A DNA stretch of 64,000 bases from the human T2T-CHM13v2.0 reference genome, Homo sapiens, in assembly GCF_009914755.1 (NCBI RefSeq), contig NC_060935.1. One strand, given 5' to 3'. Made by a program: the position numbers and the translations under genes. Below, one piece after another: positions 26,891-38,471 of this stretch (position 1 is the stretch's first letter; each line of letters opens with the position of its first letter). The notes under the pieces were generated by a model that worked only from the letters and a program-made list of their open reading frames with translations, was not told the origin of the DNA and made no database searches.

Positions 26891-27635
26891 AAGCAAATGG
26901 AAAATCAGTCTGAACAGCCACCTAGTATCAGCCACCTGTAGTTAGTGGTAGCAGAATTCGTGGCCTGGCACTGCTCTCACATATGAAATAATTCCACTTG
27001 GTTGGATTCTGTCGATCCAAGAATGGGGAGTGGCATCCAATTTGAGACTCCTCCTGGGTTAAATGGCCACGTCGAAGACATTACTTTCAACCAAAAATCG
27101 CTGACAGATGTACAGGTTTGCCTCTTGTGGACTTGGGCAATCTGGAGTCTATGGCCTTGGAAGTCAGCTTGAGGAAGCAGGGATCTGGAGGGGACTAATG
27201 TTTTCCCAAATGTCTTCTGGGAGTGATAAACTGAAGCAATCTCATCCATTGTATGTATGATGCAGAAATACAATATGTAAAATGTGAATCTGTAGCCCAG
27301 ATCTCTCTTCTAAGTTGCAGACCCTGTCCAACTACCTACTAACAGGTCCATGTGAATATCTCTCAGGGTCCTGAAACCCAACTTTCCCAAGCTAAACTGT
27401 GGCAATAGCATGGATTCCCAAGCACTCTTCTCAGTTGTTCACTCATCCTCCCTTCCCCACAGCCAATCAATCACCACATCCAATTGATTCACTACCCAAA
27501 GTCTCCGATATTCAGTACTAGGCTCAGCCCTCAACAGGTGTATTAGTTTTCCATTGCTTCTATAACAAATAACTACAAACTCATGGGTTTAAAACAACAC
27601 AAGTGTATTATCTTACCATTTTGTATGTTAGAAAT

Positions 27636-27798
27636 CCAACACAAACCCCAGAAGCCATAGTGGATAGTTTTATCCAACAAGCATTTCTGGTGCAGGACTC
27701 AGGAATTGAAGAAGGCTTTGGTATGATTGGGATGTTTGTGTCCACAATTCTGTGGTGGAAACATACAGATGGGTACTTGTGCACCAGCCTGACAATTC
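27636..27798 (+). repeat. local direct duplication A, copy 2 (inside MLT1)
   Basis: matches 24945-25108; MLT1-like sequence resumes at TCACTGGACAAAAATCAAGG. Confidence 0.95.
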
Positions 27799-27886
27799 AC
27801 TGGACAAAAATCAAGGTCCCGGCAGTACTACCTTTTTTTCTGGGCTCTCTAGGGAAGGATCTATTTTCTCGCCTTTTCCAGCTTCT

Positions 27887-28299
27887 TTTTTATAATTTTT
27901 ATTTTTAATTTTTTGGGGCACATAGTAGATGTATTAATATATTTATGGGGCACATGAGATATTTTGACACAGACAATATGTAATAATCACATCGGGGTAA
28001 GTGGAGTTTCCATCCCCTCACATATTCATCATTTCTTTGTGTTATAAACATTCTAATTGTGCCCCCTCAGTTATTCAAAGATGTACAACAAATTATTGCT
28101 GACTGTAGTCACCTTGTTGTGCTATCAAACACTAGATCTTATTCGTTGGGCCTAACTATATTTTTGTACCCATTAACTATCTCTATTTCCCACTCCCTCT
28201 TCCCCGGCAACCCTTCCCTGCCTCTGGTAACCATCATTCTGCTTTCTGGCTTTAAAAATTCAGTTGTTTTAATTTATAGCTCCCACAAATGAGTGAGAA
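27887..28299 (-). mobile_element. L1MA 3' end inserted in MLT1
   Basis: poly(T) then ATTTATGGGGCACATGAGATATTTTG; TSD TTTTCCAGCTTCT. Confidence 0.85.
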
Positions 28300-28629
28300 T
28301 TTTCCAGCTTCTAAAGGCCACCCACATTCCTTGGCTCCTGGCCTCCTTCCTCCATCTTCAAAGTCACCAACGTAACATCTCTGTGACCCATGTTCCATCA
28401 CCACATCTCTTTCTAGACACAGCCAGGAAAGGCTCTCTATATTTAAGGATTTGTATAATCAGATTTGGCCCGCTTGGATAATCAGGAATAATCTCCCCAT
28501 TGCAGGATTTTTCCTTTACCCTAATCACATCTACAAAGGCTCTTTTGCCATATCAGATAACATCTATTCATAGGTTCAAGGGATTAGGATAGCAATATCT
28601 TTTGGGAGGCAGTATTCTGGCTACCACAA

Positions 28630-28800
28630 CATGAATTACCTCATAATCTCCTCAAGAATTTGGTGAGATAGGTACTATTGTTGTTTCTATGTGTCAGATG
28701 AAAAAACAGATTTAGCCAAATTGCCTCAATTGCCTGAGGTCACACTCTAGTAAATGGCAGAAAGAGATTCATCCTGAGGCCTGTTTGACTTACTATAAGG
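28630..28800 (-). mobile_element. MIR SINE
   Basis: AGGTACTATT..CAGATGAAAAAAC..TTGCCTGAGGTCACAC..AGTAAATGGCAGA. Confidence 0.75.
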
Positions 28801-29859
28801 CATTCCTACTTGTTATGTATCTCTTGACTCTATGATCCCACCACATTTGTTCAAGCCACCATTACAATTGATTCAGATTACTACATTATCAGACTACTCT
28901 CTCTCCCCTCCAGTCTTGCAGTCCTTCAGTCCATTCTCCACTCTGCAGCCACAGCTATCTTTATAAAACACTTATTTTATAAGGTCTCCCACCAGTGACA
29001 CTCCATTCCTCTTGGGGAAAAGCCCAGACTTCTGGAGACGGTGTACAAGAATAAGATGTGGCATCTGCTTAACTCTCCAGCTTTATTCATCTCTCCCCAT
29101 TACTCTCCCCCTACTCCTACAATTTCAGTGCTAAAAGCAAGACAGTACTGCTGTCAGTTTCCTAAAGTCGTCATGCTTTCTCTTGGCTCCAGATGTTTCC
29201 CACATGCTAATCCTTCATAGAGTGGCTGGGTGGATTAAGTAAAATGCAAAGTCCTTATTATTGTACATTGAGCATAGAAGTTCTTAATAAAGGACTGACT
29301 GCAGAGAAAGACAGTGCTTTGTATGACAGTGAACAATATGTGAGAGACCTCACCAACATGAATCTAAAATAAATTAAATAGGAAGCATAATGGAAATTTG
29401 TCAAATTGGTTTCCTTTTTTTTTTTTCAATTTGTTTTCTATGGGTGCCTTCAATGACTGGTTTAAGTAGAGATAGGGAGAACAAAAGCATATTTCAGAAA
29501 CAACACAACTAAGAATTACTGAATAACTCATCCTCTCCATTCTGTTATCTAAAATATAAGCACATAAATGTAACGAAAGTAACAGAATTCAAAGATGAAA
29601 TGACAATTCCCTCTGTTATAAATTATAGCAAGTGCAGGGAATGGGCTGGTTAATGTGAAAGCATCTGCTTTTGAAGCACTTTGTCCCAGGGAACAGACAA
29701 AGGTCTAGGTGGTTTAAGGAACAGGGTGAGTGATCTTTATAAACAATTTGCATTTTATGTCAAATGGAACTTTTTATAGTATGATTTAGAGAAAATATTC
29801 AAGGTTGGGTCATATGTTATCCCAGACCTGCACATAGAGTAATCTACACTATTAATTCA

Positions 29860-30960
29860 TTGGGCAAAGGTTGATTGCACATGTCTATGTATTTGGCACT
29901 GATACAGACATAAATAACCCATTACCTGCTTTTAAGGAGCTCAGAGGTTAGTGACAGAAATAGGCAAAGAGCAAAACATGACAATGCACTATAGACATAT
30001 AGATTTATAGACAATCCCACAGTTAGGGAGCTGAGGGACTTGACGGGAAGAATCACTTCCTGTTTTGGATGGTCAAGAAACCTTTATAGAAGTGGAAATG
30101 CTTGAGCCAAGTCTTTCAGAATGCTCAGGAATAACCCAGACATCAAAGCTTGGGAGGGAAAGGCATATGCAATGACACAGAGGCACAAAACAACATGAAG
30201 GGGAAGGGCTAGGATGAGACTGGGGAGAAAAGCAAGAGCAAAATCTTGCAGCATCTTGATTGTGATGCTATGGAGCCCGAGCTTTATCTGAAGTTGATGG
30301 GATTCCCTGAATAAATTTTAAGCATAGCAATGACATAGGCAAATTTGAATTTTAGAACTATTTTTTGGTCTGCCGTGGAGAGGATGGATGGGAGGGGGAA
30401 GAACGAGAGCTTTGTTTAGAGGCTGCTGTAGTAATCCAGGTAAAGGCTTTTAATCATGTCCTGAACAATGATCAGCAATGGCAATGGAGATGACAGAACA
30501 GAATTTAAGAAGGAATAAAAAAGGCTTGCTGACTACTTGGATGTGGGTGATGCTATCCTTTGACACAAAGGATTTAAGATGAAGACCAGTTTTGGGGGGT
30601 AAGTAAAAGGTTTGGATATTTTCAGTTTACAGCATCTGTGGAACATCTAGGAAGAGATATGCAATTGATGGTTGGGTATCTGGACTTGGAATTCAGTAAA
30701 GAGTTTCACAATAGATATAAATTTCAGAATCATCACCATGAGATGTTGATTCCATCAGAGGGAGAATGAAAAGGAACAAGAAAGGACCTTGAGAAACCCT
30801 GATATTTAGGATTTTAGGTGGATAAAAAGTTCTTGGAGAGGATTGGGTTATAATAACCAGAATAATCAGAAGAAAAACCACAGGAGATGAGCATCATTGG
30901 AGCCAAGGGAAGACAACAGCTTCAAGGAGGAAGAACTGGCACAGCATCGCCATGCAGGCA
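29860..30960 (-). mobile_element. L2 LINE fragment
   Basis: AAGGAGCTCAGAG, TTTTAAGCATAGCAATGAC, GAGGCTGCTGTAGTAATCCAGG. Confidence 0.7.
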
Positions 30961-31229
30961 AGAAGAGGCAACAGGAGGAAGAACGCACGGAGCCTCACCC
31001 ACCTAGTTTTCTCTGAACACCCAATCTATGCAGCCCACTCTCCCTGGCCCCTACCTCCCTGCCATGCCAGGCACTTTCTACTCTATTGCCCTGAATTACT
31101 TTACTCATCATATAAATTCTAGCTGAAAATAACTTGTTTATTTTGGTTTCCATTGTCTGTATCCCTCTGCGGAATCTAAATGTCATGAAGTCGGGGACCT
31201 CATACATCTTGTTTACCACTGTCTTCATT

Positions 31230-31920
31230 CAGGTTTCACAAAATCCAAAGGATTCAATGCAAGGAGTTTATCTGGGAGGTGGTTCAAGAAAACTTGGATC
31301 CAGTAGAGTTGGGAGATATTAATTTATCATAACACTCATCTTGATGTTCTGTGTTTTTCCATAATCATGCTCTGAAAAACAGGAGGAGGATCATAGATGG
31401 TGGGCAGTTATGTTGACACAGCATTGTAGTTTTTTGAGAGGAGGACAGAGAGAAACTAACACAGCAGAGGAGCTGAGGTAATTGGAAGAGTTACTGAAGA
31501 GATGCCCTGCAGGTCTAGGTTGCTCTCTAAGGGCAAAGGAAGGGATGTAAGGGAGTAGGGAAGAAAGGGGGAGAGAATCTGAAAGGTAGAAAGTGTTTAA
31601 ACGGGTAACCACTGAGGGCAACTGCCATCTCATCCCAAGGGGAAACTTGGTGTAGAACAAACACCTCAGAGATCTTCTTCTGCAAGGGGCAAGGGGACTG
31701 GGGTTTCTATATGCCCACTCCTGTTGGTCACTCCTTGAGAGCTTTAATTTCCCAGCACTCCAGCCCACCTTAGATGTAGGCAGAGTCATGCCAGCAGCCA
31801 AAGAAAGCCCTCAGGCAAAGAAACCAAGTGCTGGCAAATGCAAGCAGATGTTGGGCCAGAATGTACAGAAAAAGTAGATGCAATGGAATAGGAACAAGCA
31901 CTTGAGGGCATCTGCTGTGA
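31230..31920 (-). mobile_element. MLT1 LTR interrupted by duplication B copy 1
   Basis: GGATTCAATGCAAGGAGTTTATCTGGGAGGTG..|..GTAACCACTGAGGGCAACTG..GAGGGCATCTGCT. Confidence 0.65.
31303..31538 (+). repeat. local direct duplication B, copy 1 (partner 32503-32743)
   Basis: ~90% identical plus one 5-bp indel; offset 1200 bp. Confidence 0.95.
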
Positions 31921-32502
31921 CTCCCAAATCCCCAGCCCAGATAATAGTGCTGGGTACATTACAAGCTCCCAGTGAATATCTGGATGAATATTACAATCAA
32001 TGAAGGAAGGAAAGAATGGCCTTCCCCAGCATTGCCTCATGCCACTTTCTCCTCAAGCTCTATGCTCCAGCCATACTGGATTTTTACCAATTCCTCACCT
32101 CAGGCCCTTCTATGCTGTTCCTATTCCTAGGAATATTTCCTTTGCTATTAAATTTTACTTCTTCAGGAAAGCCTTCTCCAACCTCCTTCTAAATAGTCCA
32201 CATCCTCAGGTTAAGTACCATCTCAGCACCCTGTCTCCTCCTTCCCTTTTATAATCATCAGCACATTTGTAATCACTTGTTTCCCTTGTGCATCACCATG
32301 ACTCAAAATGCAGCATGATTCCTATTAGATAGCAAGTTCTCAATGTGTATTTGTTAAATAATTAATGAGTTAGGGTTAGAGTTGATTATCATGGAGGGGT
32401 TTTGTGTAGATAAGCAAAGGACTGAAATAGCAGCTGAAATGAAATGCAGGAAGTTGTTGATTAGAAACACATGGAAAGATTCTAGGCAACCCTGAAGACA
32501 CG

Positions 32503-32743
32503 GTAGAGCTGGGAGATATTAATTTATCATAACACTCATCTTCATGTTCTGTTCTGTGTTTTCCCTTAATTAGGCTCTGAAAAACAGGAGGAGGATCATA
32601 GTTGGTGGACGGTCATGTTGACACAGCATTGTGGTTTTTTGAGAGCAGGACAGAGGGAAATTAACATGGCAGAGAAGCTGAGGTACTTGGAAGAGTTACT
32701 AAAGAGACATCCTGCAGGTCTATGTTGCTCTCTAAGGGCAAAG
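32503..32743 (+). repeat. local direct duplication B, copy 2 (within L2-like DNA ~32380-33050)
   Basis: matches 31303-31538. Confidence 0.95.
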
Positions 32744-33068
32744 TTGAGCCAGGGTGGCAATGGGTGTGTGAGGAAGTGGATAAAAAGAAGTAAATAAATG
32801 ATTATTGATAAGCAAGGGGATGAAAGTACCAAGAGGTGAAAGCTTATAAAATTGTGGTTATATGCGTGGAATATTAAGGTTTATGATTTCAGAGATGGAG
32901 AACCATTGCATTATAATAAGAAACCTGGGTACTTCAGATTCAGCATGGTCAAGACTGAATTTAGCTTTAGCTGGAGAGATATGCATGAGATAGATTATGG
33001 ATGTTATGGTGTTCTTTTGTAAGATATGGATCAGTGAGGTCACTTTCAATACCCCTTTTAAAATACAG

Positions 33069-33427
33069 TGTATTTGTTTGTTCTCACACTGCTGTGAAGA
33101 AATACTCAAGACTAGGTAATTTATAAAGGAAAGAGGTGTAATTGACTCACAGTTCTGCATGGCTGGGGGGCCTCAGGAAACTTATAATCATCATGGAAGG
33201 CACCTCTTCACAGGACAGCAGGAGACAGAACAAGTGCCAGCAAGGGAAATGCCAGACATTTATAAAACCATCAGCTCTCGTGAGAACTCACTATCACAAG
33301 AACAGCATGAGGGTAACCACCCCCATGATTCAATTACCCCCCGCTGGGTCCCTCCCACAACCTGTGGGGATTATGAGGATTACAGTTCAAGATGAGAATT
33401 AGGTGGGGTCACAGTCAAACCATATTA
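33069..33427 (-). mobile_element. THE1 (C/D-like) solo LTR
   Basis: TGTATTTG..GGTAATTTATAAAGGAAAGAGG..AAACCATATTA; TSD-like TACAG/TAGAG. Confidence 0.9.
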
Positions 33428-33539
33428 TAGAGACTGTCTACATTGTCACTGCATTCTCCCTAACGTCTACAACAGTGTTTAGAACAATGCAGAAGCTCAA
33501 TGAATATTTGTTTAATGAATGCATAAATAAATGAAATAA

Positions 33540-33900
33540 CAGAAATCTTGAGCCATCTGGCTTAAGCAAGCAAAGAAATGTATTCGATTGCACAAGCTGA
33601 AATCACAGGGTAAGGCTGGCTTCAGGATTACTGAGGTCACAGATCAAATAAAGTAATCAGGATTCAGGATTCCTCCACAGCTGGGCTCCACCTTCTATTG
33701 TTTTGTCATCAAACCTGGGCTTTATATAATAACAAGATCTGAGAAGAATCACCTTCTCAAAAATCCCAGCAAAACTTTCATTGGTTAACATGCCCATCTC
33801 CAAACCAGTCACTATGGCCAAAAGAATGAGATGTTATGTTTGGCCTAGGCCTGGATCACATGTATCGTAAAGGCTAGGATGGAATCAGCCTCAGTCCAGT
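33540..33900 (-). mobile_element. old MLT1 LTR fragment
   Basis: CTGGCTTAAGCAA..GCTGGCTTCAGG..CATGCCCATCTCCAAACCAGTCACTATGGCCA. Confidence 0.55.
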
Positions 33901-34058
33901 CCCAGAGTCTAGGATTGAGAAAAGGCAGCAGTAGGGAGCTGCTGAAAGATTTATCAAGAGCAGCATGGTCTGATTTGCATTTCATAAAGATCATCCTGGA
34001 GCAGTGCAGAAGACAAGTTACAGAAGTTCAAGCCTGGAGGGAGGTACACCTATAAGAA

Positions 34059-34518
34059 TAAGGGAGGAGACCACCCCTCATATTGTCTTGTGCTCAATTT
34101 CTGCCTCCAAAGAAAGAAGTAAAAACTAAAAGGCAGAAATGAAATCCTCAAGCAGACAGCCCAGCGCCACACCCTGGGCCTGGTACTTAAAGATCGACCC
34201 CTGACCTAATCAGTTATGTTATCTATAGATTACAGACATTGCATAGAAAAGCACTGTGAAAATCCCTGTCCTGTTCTGTTCCGTTCTAATTACTGGTGCT
34301 TGCAGCCCCCAGTCATGTACCCGCTGCTTGCTCAATCGATCATGACCCTCTCACGTGGACCCACTTAGAGCTGTGAGCCCTTAAAAGGGATGGGAATTGC
34401 TCACTTGGGGAGCTCGGTTGTTGGAGACATGAGTCTTGCCAAAGCTCCCAACCGAATAAAGCCCTTCCTTCTTTAACTCCGTGTCTGAGGGGTTTTGTCT
34501 GTGGCTTGTCCTGCTACA
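34059..34518 (+). mobile_element. LTR2 solo LTR (HERV-E/Harlequin)
   Basis: TAAGGGAGGAGACCACCCCTCATATTGTC start; CTTAAAAGG TATA-like; AATAAA ~34455; CCTGCTACA end. Confidence 0.85.
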
Positions 34519-34854
34519 GGAGGACATCTTTCAAATTTAAAATCATCAGCTGTCAATGGAATGTCTTTCTTCTCTATCTGGAGAAACAAAAATGAACAAG
34601 ACATAGCACCTGCACTCAAAGAACTTCTGGTCTAATGAGGAAGACAGGCAAGTAACAGTCATTTACATACATAATGATGGTGCCATGAAGGCTTCCTGCT
34701 GTACCATGAAGTGGCATCTAAAATAAGGTCTGAAAGATCAGAAGGCATTGGCAGTATTTGCAACCAGAGGCAAGTAGAAATGTGCATGTTTGGAAAAGTA
34801 TGTGCAGGATAGCCAGAGCATGAAGTTCCAATAGTGACACAAGAAATGAGATCA

Positions 34855-35258
<404 letters not shown>

Positions 35259-35337
35259 TCACAGCTTTGCAGAACCATGAATGTTTTAAATTTTGAGAGT
35301 GGCATTAACCCATCAGCACTGTATAAATGTCAATGTG

Positions 35338-35590
35338 GGGCCGGGAATGGTGGCTCACACCTGTAATCCCAGCACTCTGGGAGGCAGAGCCCAGCCTACA
35401 CAACATATTGAGACCCCATCTCTACTAAAAAGAAAAAGAAAAACTTAGCCAGGTGTGGTGGTTCTCGCCTGTGGTTCCAACTACTCAAGAGACTGAGGTG
35501 GGAAGATCTCTTGAGCCCAAGAGGTTGAGAATGCAGTGAGTCATAATTGCACACTGCACTCCAGCCTGGGCAACAGAGCCAGACTTTATC
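35338..35590 (+). mobile_element. AluJ with left-monomer deletion
   Basis: GGGAGGCAGAG joined directly to CCCAGCCTA. Confidence 0.85.
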
Positions 35591-35650
35591 CTGCCCCCAC
35601 TCCCCAGTAAATCTGGCCAAGTGGAATCTGGATTAGAAAATTACAAAATA

Positions 35651-35950
35651 GGCCAGGCGCAGTGGCTCATGCCTGTAATCCCAGCACTTTGGGAGGCTGA
35701 TGGGATCACTTGAGCTCAGGAGTTCGAGACCAGCCTGGGAAACATGGCAAGACCTCATCTCTACAGAAAATAGAAAAATTAGCTGGGTGTGGTAGTGTGT
35801 GCCTGTAGTTCCAGCTACTTGGAGGGCTGAGGCAGGAGGATCACTTGAGCCTGCATGGTCAAGGCTGCAGTGAGCCATGTTCATGCCACTGTACTCCTCC
35901 AGCCTGGGTGACAAACTGAGACCTTGTCTCAAAAATAAATAAATAAATAA
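35651..35950 (+). mobile_element. AluJ
   Basis: GGTCAAGGCTGCAGTGAGCCATG; (TAAA)n tail. Confidence 0.92.
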
Positions 35951-35954
35951 TATG

Positions 35955-36970
35955 TAAGATCACCATGCAAGAGGCTTTTGCAGTAATTCAGGGAGGAGAT
36001 GGTAGTGCCCTCTACTAAGACGGTAGCAATGGAAATGAAGAAAAGTGGACAGATTTAAAATTTGTGGAGAGTTTTAAAATTTGGAATCATCTGCACTTAG
36101 AAATAAGGATAAGGGAAGCGAGAGCAAGGAGTTAATAAAATGGCACTTAGATTTCTAATCTGTGCAACTGAATGGATGGGGCAGTTACTCACAGTAGGAG
36201 AGAAGGTTTAGGAGAAAAATAATAAGCTTGTTTATGGACACTGAGTTTGAGATGATTGTGGGATATCAACATGCAGATGTCCAGTTAGTTGCTGGATATG
36301 TGGATTGGAAGCTCAGGAGAGAGTTTGTAGCTGGAAACGTGCATTTGGGAGCCATCAGCATAAAAATGGCAGCTGAAATCTTGAAGTGGATGAGGTCACT
36401 CTGGTACAGTTCAGTGTTCAAAAGAAGACTCTTGGCAGCAATAGCCTAGGAAGTATGAACATTTAAGGATGACCAAAGACCAGGAGCCATCACAGGTGAC
36501 CAGAAGAATACACCGAGGGGCAGAGGATTAGGAGCCTAGTCTAAACGGATGTTGGAAAGAAATATTAGAAGATGAATATGGGAATTATAATACTTAGGAT
36601 AGAAAATGAACAGAGCTCCTCAATATCCTTAGTGAGGGGAATGAGAGGGAGAAAAGGGTTAAGAATGACTCCCAAGCTTCTCGTTTGAGTGACCAGTTGG
36701 TGAATCAGAAGGAGGAAGTTAGGTTCTAAGATAATTGTTTAAGTTGCTCATGGGACATCAAGGAAAAGACCTATAGGCAGTCTGAGCTCAAGAGAGCATC
36801 TAGATAGTGGGCTAACCTGGGAAGTATCAACACAAAGGTGGTATTTAATATCAGGGGAGATGAGATGGCCCTGGAGGGGCTGTTAGTTAAGCCCCATTAA
36901 TATTCTCATTGAAGGAATAGGCAGAGGAAGAACCTAGCAAAGGAGACCTTACAGTGAGAGCAGGGAGAGC
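35955..36970 (-). mobile_element. L2 fragments
   Basis: GGACACTGAGTTTGAGATG..GGAAGCTCAGGAGAGAG..CATTTGGGAGCCATCAGC. Confidence 0.7.
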
Positions 36971-37959
36971 TAAGTTTGTCCTCCAGAAGAAAGCCTCCTT
37001 ATCCACAGTTCATGTAGGAGGGATATTGGTCCTTGTATGTTTTTCAACCATCAATTTCCTCAGCTACTTTAAGCCTTAAGAGGTCAAATTACATAATGAT
37101 TCCATGTGCCTTCTAAATGTATCCCATAGCTTATTACAGGTCCTAGGACCCATAAGGAGTTCTATATAGTTTCCTACCCTGCCTTTGAATAAAGGACTTT
37201 CATGGGTTAAAAAAAGTGGACCACTTAATTCAGCAATGGCTTGAATTTACTTCCATATTTGGAAATACTTCAGTCATTAGGGTTGAGCAGAAACACACAG
37301 CATCCTTCAAACACTGTTCTTCTTTCTTCACATGGCATTGTGAATGGCTCAGCAAGTGGGCCCATCATTTTCTTGCTAATTAATTTAGGTCTAATTGGTT
37401 TCAGCCCACACAACAGTGCAGGTTGTAAGAGAGGGCAATAGCAGTCATATTCCACTAAAAGTACCTGCCAGCATCAAAGCCTCTACCATTAAGCAATTCA
37501 CTACAGAGGGAAGAGCTCTTAAGAGCTAAACAAAGTGAATTAATTCCCCCCCTCCCAATTAACTTCGGAAAGAATCTCAAAGTGCTCAGAACTCTGTCAA
37601 AGCATCAGGAAACATTTCATCTTACTACCACCATTCTAGCATAACACAGTCTTGCAAGGAGTTACCAAACATTTACCAGCCTGCATGCTGTGTATCGTTT
37701 AGAAGGATTTCAAGTTCTCCAGATGACTGTTATCTCCACAGGAGCCACAAGCAGGACTAGTTTTAATTATTATTTTATCCCCAGAAGCTAATACAATGCA
37801 GATAGATGGTATTCAATTAACATTTGTTACAAGAATTAAAAAATGAGGAGAAAGAAGAAGGAAGGTAGAAGAAGAAAGGAATAGAGAAAAGGAGGAATTG
37901 ATTTGTGGTGTTAACACCAATTCAAAAACTCATAATAAAAGAGCATTTCATTTAAAGCC

Positions 37960-38150
37960 AGTGAGATAATTCCATCACCTCTGAGCTGTGTGGCAATGAA
38001 CAAGTCATTTAACTTCTCTAAATCACAGTTTCTTCTTTCATTTAATAGCAATGCTGTCTTCAGTACATACTTTAAAGAGTTATAATGAAGCAAAATAGAG
38101 TTAATGAATTTGAAAGCACTTTGTAAACAGTAAAAGATAGCTGTTGTTGC
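37960..38150 (+). mobile_element. MIR SINE
   Basis: CAAGTCATTTAACTTCTCT..CAGTTTC..GAAAGCACTTTGTAAAC. Confidence 0.75.
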
Positions 38151-38168
38151 TATTAAGACTGGGAATCT

Positions 38169-38471
38169 GGCTGGGTGCAGTGGCTCATGCCTGTAATCCC
38201 AGCACTTTGGGAGGCCGAAGCGGGAGGACCACTTGAGGTCAGGTGTTCGAGACCAGCCTGGTCAACATGGTGAAACCCCATCTCTACTAAAAATACAAAA
38301 AATTAGCCAGGTGTGGTGGCAGGCACCTGTAATTCCAGCTACTTGGGAGGCTGAGGCATGAGAATCACTTGAAACCAGGAGGCAGAGGTTGTAGTGAGCC
38401 GAGATCGCACACTGCACTCCAACCTCGGTGATACAGTGAAACTCAGTCTCAAACAAACAAACAAACAAAAA
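38169..38471 (+). mobile_element. AluS
   Basis: full dimer; TSD AAGACTGGGAATC. Confidence 0.95.

Larger units (their letters stand above)
27539..28628 (-). mobile_element. MLT1 (C/D-like) LTR, twice interrupted
   Basis: TGTATTAGTTTTCCATTGCT..CTACCACA; TSD-like ACAGG/ACATG. Confidence 0.85.
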
